Source: the human T2T-CHM13v2.0 reference genome, Homo sapiens
Reading direction: 5' to 3' (one strand)
DNA length: 64,000 bases
NCBI RefSeq assembly: GCF_009914755.1
Contig: NC_060938.1
This document shows positions 51,585-64,000 of this stretch, piece by piece. Position 1 is the first letter of the stretch, and each line of letters starts with the position of its first letter. The notes beneath the pieces were generated by a model. The model ran no database searches and had not been told where the DNA came from. It was given only the letters and a program-made list of their open reading frames with translations. A program made the translations under genes and the position numbers.

Positions 51585-52064
51585 GAGCCCTTGGGCAGAA
51601 TGTCTGCCCTGGGATATAAAACAAATAAAAAGGAAGAAGCTCTGGATGAATTAGTGAGTTACAGACTTCACCACCTATCCCATCAGTATCTGTTCCTCCC
51701 AATAAACTCCACTCTGGGGCCAAATGGGGACCACCAGGAATCCAGAAAGCACAACTTGAAAACCAGTTTAACCCAAACTTTTTGTTTTACAGATGAGGAA
51801 ACTGAGTCCCAGGGTCAGGAAGTACCTTGCTCAAAGGCCAAGGCAAGATCAGGTCAGGGCCTGGTCCCACTAATTCAGGGGTTGGCAAGTTGCTTCTGTA
51901 AAGTTCTCCACGAAAGTCCAGATAGTAAATATTGAGGGAATATGGTCTCTGTTGCAAACACACAGCTCTACCATTATAGCTCAAAAGAAGCCATGGACAA
52001 TACGTAAACTAATGGACATGTTGGGGTTCCAGTAAAACATTATTTATAAAAACAAGCAGTAATA

Positions 52065-52878
<814 letters not shown>

Positions 52879-53718
52879 AGTAATAGGCGAGATTTGGCCC
52901 ATGAGCTATAGTTTGCTAAGCTGTGGGACAGTTTGAGCTGCTTGTCTTGAAACAAAAACGTGATCAGACAGCAGCAGAGAATGCAGAGGGATCTCGAGTG
53001 TTCTTGGGGCATAGAAATGTGGCTGTCTACCTCGAAACTATCTCTGATCCATTGACTCAAGAAGCCAACCATGGGTCAAGAAAACTTATACAGTACCATG
53101 TCACCTACCTGGAGCCATGCACTTTCAGTCACTCTGGCCACAGCCAGGTTAAAACTGGCAGAACACAGGCATAGCATCAGACTAACTGCAGTTTGCATCC
53201 TGAAACCTCCATTCAATGGCTGTGTGCATCTGAGCAAGGATTTGGCTTTCTGAGTCAGTTTCCCCACCTATAAAATGAGTATTTTGTACCATATGGTCTC
53301 TTAAATTAAATAATACAATCTTCCATGCCAGGTTATGCTAACATTTATTTTATAAAAATACGTGCAAATAACCTACCACACAATATATGTTCAATGATTG
53401 TTACCTAATTTCTTTTTGTTTCTAGATCTTAAATTAGCAGTGACTAAAAGTAAAGGACTCCCTGAAGAGAAGAAGAAAAACATTTTACAAATCAAAAAAT
53501 GTAAAAAACAAGAGAAACTCCAGGGAGCTGCCACAGCTGCCAAAAATGGAGCCATTTCCAGGCTTGCCGTAAACGAGGGCAGGTCTGGAGGCTGTGACTC
53601 TAGGCAAAAGCACAGCCTTAGGTTTCTCACTGAGAACAAAGATATCTTCTCAGCCAAGGAAACAGGGTCAGCCACTGGAGAAAGAAGTTTCATTTTAAGA
53701 ATTTCCTTGCTTCCCTTC

Positions 53719-54113
53719 TGTGATGAACTTAATGTTTGTGTCCCCCACCAAATCTATATGTTGAAGCCCTAACACCCAATGTAATGATACAGTAGGTAGG
53801 GCCTTCAGGTGATCATGGTTAGATTAAGTTGTGACAATGAGGCCCACCTGATGGGATTAGTGGCCTTAAAAGGAAAGGACGAGAGAGAGAACGAGAGAGA
53901 TGACTCTCTCCACCATGTTACTCTCCACTCTGTGAGAACACAACAGGAAGGCAGCCGTCTGCAAGACAGGGAGAGAGCCCTCACCAGAACCTGACCATGC
54001 TGGCTCCATGGCCTCAGACTTCCAGCCTCTAGACCTTAGAGAAAATCAATTTCTGTTGTTTAATCTGCTTAGTCTCCAATATTTTGTTATGGCAGCCTGG
54101 GCTGACTAATACA
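53719..54113 (+). mobile_element. MLT1A-type solo LTR
   Basis: TGTGATGAACTTAATGTTTGTGTCCCCC...TTGTTATGGCAGCCTGGGCTGACTAATACA. Confidence 0.9.
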
Positions 54114-54307
54114 CTTCTCCTGCCCAGTGTTTTGAAAAAATCATTTCAATAGCCAGTTCTAGGGCTCCTGAAGTGTATTTCAATTCCCTTTCTGCAGCTA
54201 AAGAGACTGAGATGGAAGGGACAGGGACAAAGGATAACATTTGAGAGGCTTCAGGATCTCTGCAATAAGCCAGTCTGTCAGAGAGAGGGCAGCTTCTAGA
54301 ATATGAA

Positions 54308-54530
54308 TATCCCAGGTTGGGTTGCCCTAAGAGTGATCTCAGTAGGGTAGAGGTGAGGTGAGGCAGGGAAGCAAAGATTATCAAGTCAGTAACCACTGTG
54401 GGCAATGGTAGTTCAAGCCCACTGGGGAACTCTGGGATCCAACATAGAGCACACCTGAGAGTTACACCCCTGGGGTGAGAGAGCTGGGGTATTTATACAC
54501 CAACTTGTATCCATCATTAGTTGGAGTGGA
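54308..54530 (-). mobile_element. ERVL LTR33/LTR16-like fragment
   Basis: AACCACTGTGGGCAA..CCCACTGGGGAACTCTGGG...GAGCTGGGGTATTTATACACCAAC. Confidence 0.6.
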
Positions 54531-54799
54531 GCATCAACAGCTTCTGCAACAATGAAACAGTGTGTTGCTTCCTGTTTATTCCCTTTATGTACTTATTTTA
54601 TTCCTTTTTAATACATCACTTTAGAGAAGATTCTTTTTTCAAACTTATGGGACTAAAGATTCTTAAGGATAAGACAGAAAAAAGTAGTGATGTGATAAAA
54701 TTAATTCAAGCGGCTGCCTACAGAGCCCAACTATAAATGGAAGACTCACCAGTCATCTCCCTGACCCTCCGTGTCCAGCCTGCTCTGACACTGATTCCT

Positions 54800-55420
54800 T
54801 CAACCTCCTTCTTTTCCTTCCAAATCTCTCCTTCTTCTCAATCCTCATGGCCTTACTCACATCCTAAATGGTTTTCCTTTCTCTCTTCTGCCCTTTCTCC
54901 ACCCTGTGGCCAACAGAGAAATCTTCCAAGATCATGCCCTTTACCAATCACTCCCTTGTCCCAGACTCTTTGATGAACCTGAGTGATAAAGTCTCATCTC
55001 GACTCATTGGTCTGGAGTCTGTGGCCCTCCTGACCACTCCAGCCTACCCCTCCAAGTCATCTTCTAATGCCTCTGGCCTCTTGTTATCTCTGTGCTGGCC
55101 TGCAGACAGCCCTCCACCCCTGACTCCTTATCCCTCCTTCCTGCTGGCTCATGCTCTTCCCTCCAAATGGATTTTCTTCTCTCTTTTTCTTTCCTAATCC
55201 TCTTCACCCTTGAAGAGCCATCAGGCATTGCCTCCTCCAGAAGCCCATCTCTGTGCTCCCAGAGCCTCTGTGCCACATTTTGCGTTGCACCTGGGAAGCC
55301 ACACTGGGCGGGCTCTAAGGGAGTCTGCTGTTCCTCTGGGTGATCGCAGTGGCAGAGTCTTTTCAGGCCCGAATCCCAGCCCCCAGCACTAAGACCAGGC
55401 CCACAACAGAGGCCTTCCGT
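54800..55420 (+). mobile_element. L2 fragments
   Basis: Pyrimidine-rich L2 body (CAGGCATTGCCTCCTCCAGAAGCC; ATCCCAGCCCCCAGCAC). Confidence 0.5.
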
Positions 55421-55939
55421 CTATGTCAATGAAATAAGCGGGAAGGGCCTGTCTCTTTCCGCCAGGACAAAGGAAGATACGCATATGCTCTGGCCACCTC
55501 TTTGAGTGCTATTGTGGTCCTTTGAAAGGAAATGATTCTGTCCTTTGCTAGATGTGAGATTAAGAAGCTTTGCAGACTCCCAGGGACCACTAGATCTGGG
55601 CTGACCAAACCAGACCCAGAACATAGAATGCATCCAGCCAAGGGCCAGGCTTGCGGGCGTGTGGGCCGGCAGTGGGACAGGCTCAAGCCGGCCTGGCCAC
55701 CACATCTGATTGCCACAGGGTGACCACAGGCTGCAGGGCCAGCTGTAAACACGCAGGTGTCACAGGTCTTCGGCCACAGAGGAAGCAGTCCCCACCCGTG
55801 CTGGGGCTCTGGCCTCAGAAACCAGTGACACTACTGGGCACAGCCCCGCATAGAGCCCTGCTCTGCCCATGCACTGCAGGACACAGGGAAACCAGGAAAC
55901 ACAGCTCTTGTTGGTCCTTCTTTTCTCACTCCCTCTCCT

Positions 55940-56420
55940 GCTTCTTTTCCTTCTTTTCTTTCTCTCTTCAACAAATATAAGTGTTTAGTTGCCGTTGCAG
56001 GCCCTGGGACACAGCAAAATGTCATAATCCCCCAGATAATTTCCTTTTACTCTACTTTCATTGCTTGAGTAGCCAAGCCCCATGTTAGGCCGGGAGGATG
56101 TAGTAACGAGAAGGGGATACACTCTCTGCCCTCCTGGAGCTTGGAGTAATACCACAAATAAATACATGGGGATTCACGGCCATGACACGCAAAAAGGCAG
56201 AAAACAGGATGGACCTACGGGAAAAACAGTACCAACAGTAACAGCAATCAAACCCAGACAGGCTCCCTGAGGCTGGGCATTTGAATCCACAGTGGAAGGA
56301 TGAGTGGGGAGGTAACTGGGTAGAACCCAAGGCCTGGCCTGGGTACAGGAAGGGGGCATATTCCAGGCAGGAGAGAGTAACGGCAAAGGCCCTGAGGTAG
56401 ACAGGATATAGCAGGCAGTA
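55940..56420 (-). mobile_element. L2 fragments
   Basis: CTCTGCCCTCCTGGAGCTT; GGCATATTCCAGGCAGG..GCAAAGGCCCTGAGG. Confidence 0.55.
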
Positions 56421-57314
56421 GGTCTAAGAATTGAATAATATGCCAAGTAAACACATAACTGGGCTCCTTCTCCTGGATTCCATGCTTCCAGCAATGGTGG
56501 ATCCCTGTGAGTTCCTCCATAGAGGCCAGCGTCCTCCCAGACATGAAAGAACAGGAGCCAGAAGAATGGGGCAGGGAGAGAGGAGCCCAGAGGACTAAAC
56601 AGGGTGTACTTATGTCCCCTGAGGAGAGGGTTGAGGACGAGTGGTCTGAGTCGCACACCAGGAAGGGCAGAATGGGAAAGAGGGAGGAAGGGTGAGCAGA
56701 GCCGGCTGCAGGGAGAGCCAGGCACGCTCCAGGAAAGCCTGGGAGCCCGCAGGCTGGAGAGGTACTCTGGCCTGGGGGCGGAGGGCAGGCTGACTCAGAG
56801 GGCCCTGCCAGGTGAGCAGGGAGCCAAGGTGCGTGAGGAGGCAATGCTGGAGGCCAGTCTGCACAGGTCCCCTGAGGAGGGAAGGTGGGGCGGGAGGAGA
56901 TCAGAGCAGGGGGCAGAAGGCAAGGCTAGGGCAGCACCTGGGGTGGAGTGGAGGTTATTGAGACTGGCTGGTGCTGCCAGACACCACTCAGTGACAGACG
57001 GGTGAAGGCACCAGGGTGGAGAGAGGTTGGGCATGGAGGCCCAGACCAGGGCCTGCCCCACAGTGCAGAGAGGTGAGCCTCACAAGTCACTGAGTTTCCA
57101 GGGGCTGCCCTTTCCTCCTTTAGGCTGGAGTCAAGTTAAAAATAAATCTGCCACTTAAAAAAAATAAACAATTTGAGAGTCACTGTTTCCAATACAATGC
57201 ATCATTTCACAGCCACCAACTCATCATTTCCCCCGCCATGATCTCTGAGTCAAGCAGGAAGATGGACAGACTCTTAGGAGGCACCTGTGCTGTTGCTCGC
57301 AAGTGGACTTTACA

Positions 57315-57458
57315 GCAGGATGACCTGGTTTCGAATGACTGCTGTGTGAATGGGAGCCCAGTGACTTAACCTCTCTGTGCCTCAGTCTCCTCATGTGTAA
57401 ATGGGGTGTAACCATTGTGAAGATGAATGAGTTCGTGTACATAAGCGGCATTTAGAAA
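57315..57458 (+). mobile_element. MIR
   Basis: GTGACTTAACCTCTCTGTGCCTCAGTCTCCTCATGTGTAAATGGGG. Confidence 0.85.
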
Positions 57459-57467
57459 AGTCTCATT

Positions 57468-57731
<264 letters not shown>

Positions 57732-59181
57732 TTAGACGGTATGGATGGTGTGGCTTCTATCTTCTTTCTTTTTTAAAAAAATTCCAACTGGAAATCATGG
57801 CACTGAAATCACAGTGAGGAGTTGAGGCTGTGACGTTGTTGTGGGGGCCTCAGGCAGCTGTGTCAATTACTCCAGGAAGTTCACCGGGAGTCAAGGCTTT
57901 CGAGCCATGCCCTGCCAGGAGAGCTCACCAGCTTGAGAGCAGGACAGGTGGTTTCGGGTTGATTCCCACACGAATGGGGAAGTCCCCAGCCCCATCTTCC
58001 TTTCTTCCTAGGCATCCAGGGGGGTGATGGTGGTGGGAGGATCCCCCTGGCTCCCTCCTCCTCCTCTCCTTTCTTCTAGATGAAGTACCCCTGGGCTCCA
58101 TCCCAGGTTCCCTGTCTAACTCCACTCCCCACAGACTTGGCCCAGCCCTGCCCCAACCCCAGCTTCCAAGACCCTCAATAAGCTGATGGCTCTCAAATCC
58201 CTATTTCCAGCCTCTCTGCCAGGAGGTCTAAATGCATGTATGTAGCTGCCTTCTCCACCGTCCATAGTGGGCATGGCTGGGTGCCTTATTTCCTGGCAAT
58301 TTGCAACTGCTTCTGTGCAAGCCAGAGGAGGGGCAGTGCTGAGTATTTCAAGGTTGCCATTTTATCAGACAAGTACCTTGGAGGGTGAGGGACAAGGGAG
58401 AGAGTAGAAGACTGTGGAAGTGACTAACTAAGTACCGCAAGCCAGTGGATCTGGGTCCAGGGTGGGGTGGGGATACTAGAGGGAGCTGGAAAGAGAGGAG
58501 TGGATGTCAGGGAGAGGATGTTTGCAGCCTGGAGTTTGCAAGCGGTAAAGTTATGGCAAGGGAACAGCGAAGTCCAGGGGTGTGTGTGGAAGCAGAGGAG
58601 GGAAATAAACGATTGGAAGCAAAGTCATCCACCCATGTATCCAAAGTATGTTCTGAATCTGCGCATCATTCTCCCATATTAACCAGCCTGGCCCTTATCT
58701 CCTACCTGATCTCCCTGATCTCTCTCCTACCCCCAGCCCCTCACTTTATTCTTTGCAGATCAAACAGAGTTGTCTTTTAAAATTGCAAACTGTGTCACGG
58801 CACTGCCCTGTTCAAAGCCCTCAGATGGCTGCCATCACATGTAAGATACAATCCTAACTTCTTGCCCTGGCTGCCACACGCTATGCTCTCAAAGCTTCCT
58901 ACCTCTTTTCATTCCCATCTCTTAAAGGCTTTGAATTCCTCCAGATGCAGGAATCCCGCTCCTATGCAACACAATGTTGCTGCACCCCCACCCCATGCAG
59001 TGGTGAAGACTGGAATCTGACTGGGCCTCATGATGTTTAAGCTACAACCTGAGTAACAAGAAGATCTGGGGAAGAGCAAGCCAGGCACAGAGGACTGCTG
59101 ACCTGAGTGACCTTAGGCAGGAGCAGGAAAGCCAGTGGGGCTGGAGTGTAGAGGGCAGAGGGAGGGAGTGGCATGGGAGGA

Positions 59182-59420
59182 CGCGTCAGTCAGCCTCTGC
59201 CATGTAACAAATGGCCCTGAAGTTAGCAGCTTGCAACAACCACCATCTCAAATTTCTTCTGATCCCATGCGTTGGCTGCACAGTTCCTCTGCTGGCATCA
59301 CTGAAGCACCTGCAGCCACACTGCCCTGGAAGACTGGCCTGGCTGGGAGGTCCAAGACAGTGTCACTCACGCGTCTGGCAGTGGGTGCTGTGCTGGCCGG
59401 GATGCCTCAGTTCTCTCACA
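59182..59420 (-). mobile_element. Old MLT1 (H/I-like) LTR fragment
   Basis: GTCAGTCAGC..TGTAACAAA...GTCCAAGACAGTGTCACTCACGCGTCTGGCAG. Confidence 0.55.
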
Positions 59421-60179
59421 AGGCACAGCCTTGGCACTCAACCAGTCTCAATTCCCCTTCCTGCCTTTCCTTCACTGTCTTCTAGACCTGGAGTTCTTTC
59501 CAGTGGAGGCCTGAAGCCAACCTATCATTGTGAGGGGATTCCAGGAACGCTGGCGCAGCCCTTCAAATGCAACTCCTCAGCTGAAATCCAGGCCTGCTGG
59601 AATGAGATGGAGCTCCACAGGAGAGACAGATGCTAAACCCTGGCCCGGGTAGCCCCGGAGGGCAGGCGAGGCCCGCTTCTCCCCAGAACAGGGCTGACAG
59701 ACCTCATGCCTCCTGGCTCTAAGATGAGCCCCATTCGGTGGCAGCTTGGGTGTCTGTGAGACCAGCACCATGGGCTTTGATTGGCATCAGCGTCATGGCA
59801 CCTCTCTGACCCTCAGGCTTTTCTTCCATAAAGTGAAGGAACAAAACAGAGGAGGTGGGAGTGTTGGGAGCACCTTCAAGTACCACTGCGTGTGAAGCAT
59901 CCTTTGTGCTCAACCCGTGAACAGACAATTATCCGTGATATTCTGCTGACTGGGTAGCCTTTGGTCGACCAATGCAGACCCCTGTAACTCTGCAAGATGA
60001 CAACTTAAGTCTGAGTTACACGAGAAGAAAAATCACAATATGCCTGAGAAGCAAGAGGCTGCACCATGCGATCCTAAGCACCCAGTTCATTTGTATTTTC
60101 AGGGAAAGAGGTGGAAATCTCTCCTGCTGCACGAACTTTAAAAAGCCAGCACAGAAATCTCTTGACAGCTCTGCTCTCT

Positions 60180-60430
60180 GGAATTTCATTGAGGCACTCA
60201 ATGGAACACTTTAGTTGCAAAGTAACCATTTCTATTGTTCTGAGTGGCCACGATCCCTTTTTATTGATGTCATAAAGTAGGTATTTATGAGATGAGGTTA
60301 TTAAGATCAATAGAATAAATGGAACGCCCAATTCTATCTTTTTCAGAGCGGCACAAAGCATTCTCTTGGCGCAATCCCAATGAATAAAGGGACCCGGGCG
60401 CTGTCACATAGGCCTAATCCCAAAGCAAAG
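60180..60430. promoter_or_regulatory. Candidate enhancer (posterior HOX/CDX, SOX, K50 homeodomain motifs)
   Basis: CTATTGTT, TTTTATTG, GTCATAAA, TTTATGA, CACAAAG, TAATCCC in 250 repeat-free bp. Confidence 0.35.
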
Positions 60431-62452
60431 AGCTCACCCTATTAACGGTGACTCCCTTTTACATGCTTCTTAAAGTCAAAAATTCTGTTGGCCCTAAGTA
60501 GACTTTATTGAAATTTTTTTTTAAAAAAGAGTACAGACTGGAATTCATTGTGCAACTGGATTTACTACCTTTATAACCAGGTTGGCCACACTAGCTTTCA
60601 TTTCACCAGAAGAAGAAAAGAAATAACAAGGAGAGGAAAGAGCCTTCTGTTTTTAAAGCTGTTTGGAAACATGTAACTGGTTTACCTAATACCCCTTTCA
60701 AGGGAAAAAGATTCCACTGCAGGGGAAAACGCTTGATCCTAGACTCGACACTGGTGGTTAAGGGAAGCCCTAATCTCTGCAGAGACTGCTGGGCTCTTAA
60801 GAAGCTAATGCTGAGACAAGCCCTGGAAGGCCCGCCCACTCCTTCTTCCAAGCGAAGGAACAGCAGAACAGGGAGTGAGTTGTTGATCTGTTTTTGCACC
60901 AGAACGAATGCTTCCAGGGGTAATTATCAAATGTCTATATTTAGACAAACTCGGCCCATTCTGAGATAATAGCACAGGCTCTTATTTACCAAGTGTGTTT
61001 TCCAAGGAAGAAAGCATCCAGCAACCGTGCTCGGCATATTTGCTTAGGTTAAAGCAACCTGGGTAACTAGGGGGCAGAGCCACCGCGCTTTCTGCAGCGG
61101 CTTTTGGAAACTGATTCTGACTGCACCCCAACATCCCATGGGGCAGTTCACATCAGTGGAACTGGGAGGAGCCTAGCCAGCACCCAGCACATGTGTTCCA
61201 CAGCCCTTCACAGAGGTTCTGCTGTGTGCCTAGCACTATCCTAGGCACTGGCTGCGACTGTTCTTGTTTTTGTAGCTATCTTGGCCCACGAGGCCATTGG
61301 TGGTCACACCCACCTACCCTGTCCACCTTCTCCCCACTCTCATCCTCCATGCATCCTACGGGCAGGTCAAAGGCAACAGCTTTGTGTGTCCTTTTCCTCC
61401 CTGTGACATCCACCCTAGGCCCTGATCAATGGGATCTCTGCTTCCCATGTTCCTTTTCCCTCTCACGAGTGAGATAAGATGTGTCGCATCTTATCCGTGG
61501 ATTTATTACCTCCTGCAGTGATTAAAGAATCTGCACATAAAACAGTATCAAGTTACTCCAGAGCCACTCTTCAGGGTCTCTGCGTCAGCGATGGAAAGAG
61601 GAACTCTTCCCTTGGCCCTCAGGGCCAGGGTGAGCAACCCAGATTGAGCCCCAGTCCCTCCCTGAAAACAAGCTGGGGACAGACGCGGACAGATGTAGAT
61701 AGTGAGGACAGACAGCAGAAAATCACGGAGCATGCAGGGATCTCAGAACAACAAGAGGACATGCCCAGCTCCCCAGCCCACTGGTTACGAGGCATTTCCA
61801 CATCCATGACCTCATCAGGTCCCTCTACCAGCCAGGGAGACAGTGGATGCCGATCTTGCTTTGGAATTGCAAAAACCAAGCTAGGTGACCTGCCCACAAA
61901 CTAAGAAGGTGCAAGAATACAAGTTTAAGCCCGTTCTTCCAAAGCTGGAGCCATTGCTCTTTTTACCACACCCCAGGGAGCAGCATGGCATGCCCAGTTG
62001 GGCTGTTCCCAGAGTCCCCCTGCCAGGCTTCAGGTCCCACTCCACCCCCATGCAAGCTGGGAGACCTCCCAGGCCAGGTGCCTTATTAGTCCCTCTATGC
62101 TTCGGTCTCTTGCCTGGAGAATCGAGGTGCCATGGTGAAATATGGGTGACCCTGACTGTGATCAATAGGGTTATCTTCAGGATTATGAGATAAGATGCAG
62201 GAAAGCATCCATATGGTGCTGGACATACATGAAGCACCCAGTAAATAAAAACAATTGTTCTACTTCATTCTTTAGGTCAAGAACTTTACAGATGAGAGGT
62301 TGTATACTTGACTGAGACCACACAGCATGGGGCAAAGTCAGGACTAACCACAGACATTCTGATGGACAAAGAGCCTCAGAGTGAGAGGCCCTGCCCTAAT
62401 AAGATGCAGAAAACATTTGTAGCCCCGTTTAGGCAGTTAGTAAAAGGTGGGT

Positions 62453-62489
62453 CCAGGATGACACCCAGGATGACACCCAGGTTGACTCC
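62453..62489. repeat. 12-bp unit x3 (CCAGGATGACAC)
   Basis: CCAGGATGACAC CCAGGATGACAC CCAGGTTGACTC. Confidence 0.9.
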
Positions 62490-63420
62490 GAATCCTTTGC
62501 TCTTTCTCACTTTATTAGGCAGGCCTTCCTTTTGGTCCCACCTAGGTAGAGAAAAGGAGGTGCCACTGAGTCACTAGGTGCCATGGACCAGGACAGCAGG
62601 ATCCCAAGGTGATGAAGAGTGAGCCACAACCTCACTCGTTCCCCTGGGGTGTGCTGGGCACCATGCCTGCTGATTTCCATCAACTGGGGCCTCCTGGCAG
62701 CAGAGCTCAGCCTTTACAATCGTCCTTTCTGAGTGGGTATCATTTTATGATGGGCGAGACCTCCCATGTCCTGAGAGTAGCAGATTTATAATTGAGCAAA
62801 GCAAAAATGCCATTAGATCAAAGGTCCCAGGAAGTGAGGCCTCGTCAGTTCTCAGTAAAACATCATTTAAGTGGACATCAGGGATGGGAGTCCAGCAAGG
62901 GCATGTTCAAATTCAAGTCATCTAAGTGCCTAAAGTAGTTGGCCATTTCCTAATGACACGGACGGCTCTCATGGCAGGTGCTTTCCCTGGGATCTGAGCT
63001 CATATAGAAACAGAGGTTAAACACAGAGTATGGACTTCCAGAGCTGGGAAGGACAGAGGCAACCCAGTCTTTTGCTTCCGTTTATTTTACAGTTGAAGAA
63101 ATAGAAGGAAAGCAACTTGCCCAGATGTCAGGTCAGACCAGTGACAGAGTTCAGGCATTCATTCATCAAACTCTCATGGAGCATGCCGTCTGTGTCAGGT
63201 CCACTGCTAGATGCTAGGCATATATATATAACAAGACTTAGCTCAAGGAGCTCCTGCTCTCAAGGAGTTCACCATCCAGTGGAGCATAGAGTGATCCTCT
63301 GAGGATTCAAATGGAGACAGGAGCTACAGACCATCAAATCCAGAGGGACCAAGTACAAATGTCTGATTTCAAAAGCAAGTGGAATAAATGACAGAAGCAG
63401 AAATGTGTATCTCTTGGTAC

Positions 63421-63800
63421 TGTATTAGTCAGAATGAGATAGCTTGCACTGCAATAACAAACAATGCACTCACACCATGCCCAAACAGGTTGGCAGAGGA
63501 GGCTTAACTTCACACAGTCACTCAGGCTGACCAAGGCCACCACCTTGCAACTGCACCTGCTAGAACACACCAAGGCAGAGAAAGAATGCCAGGAATCTTG
63601 GACCAGCAATTACATTCTTAAACTCATAAGTAATATGCTTCACTTCAACCAGCTGCCCTAACCAATTCACTGTCTACTAACCAATTCAAATTAGTCCTGT
63701 GTCTCTACCTAATTACAGAGGGGTGGGACATCATAAATCTCCAACAAGCCCAGAAGGGAAGGCAAGTGGATGTGAGTGAGCCTTAGAACCCCACGGACAC
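63421..63800 (-). mobile_element. Old MLT1 (J/K/L-like) LTR
   Basis: TGTATTAGTCAGAATGAG..GCAATAACAAAC start; CAGTCACTCAGGCTGA. Confidence 0.65.
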
Positions 63801-64000
63801 ACTTCTGCCCTAATAGATGCTTGAGACTATGTTTCTCTTCCATCAAAAAACTTAGCTTATCTTTCTTGAAACCCTGTTTCTTTAGTTTATTTTTTATTTT
63901 CCCACTTTCGATAAACACATGAACATAAGATATCTTTTGTTCCTCTTAATGTTTCCATAAATGACAACTAGCATTCAGCCCAGAGTGGGAGCTATAAGGG

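Noticed and set aside
56174-57061. Stack of 108-198 aa ORFs on both strands
   Set aside because: GC-rich decayed L2 and purine-rich sequence; no domain, splice or codon support.

Overview
Primate (human-like) non-coding genomic DNA, either intergenic or deep intronic. The AluY/AluS/AluJ, THE1, MST, MLT1, L1PB/L1M, L2, MIR, MER58/MER5 and CR1/L3 fossils point to a simian, most likely catarrhine, genome. I cannot support any protein-coding gene, RNA gene, CRISPR array or CpG island. The ORF track is explained by simple repeats, Alu/L1/LTR remnants and chance ORFs. About half of the window is interspersed repeat, with many resolvable nested insertions, several retaining target-site duplications (TSDs). 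The repeat-free islands (about 0.7-1.1, 21.6-23.1, 26.0-26.4, 45.6-45.8 and 60.2-60.4 kb) are AT-rich and dense in homeodomain/SOX/MEIS motifs, which is what conserved developmental enhancers in a gene desert look like (inference). I found no novel biological system that the sequence alone can establish. The best leads are: an old L1 with a twin-priming-type 5' inversion; a ~1 kb CA-rich tract carrying ~35 minus-strand GTGAGT splice-donor words and split by an MLT1 LTR; a 146-bp tandem duplication; a cluster of inverted repeats at 47.8-52.9 kb; a tail-to-tail L2 palindrome centred on an AP-1 site; and a few strong plus-strand exon-like units. Subfamily calls were made by eye from remembered consensus features and need RepeatMasker/Dfam confirmation. 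Boundaries of old repeats are approximate.
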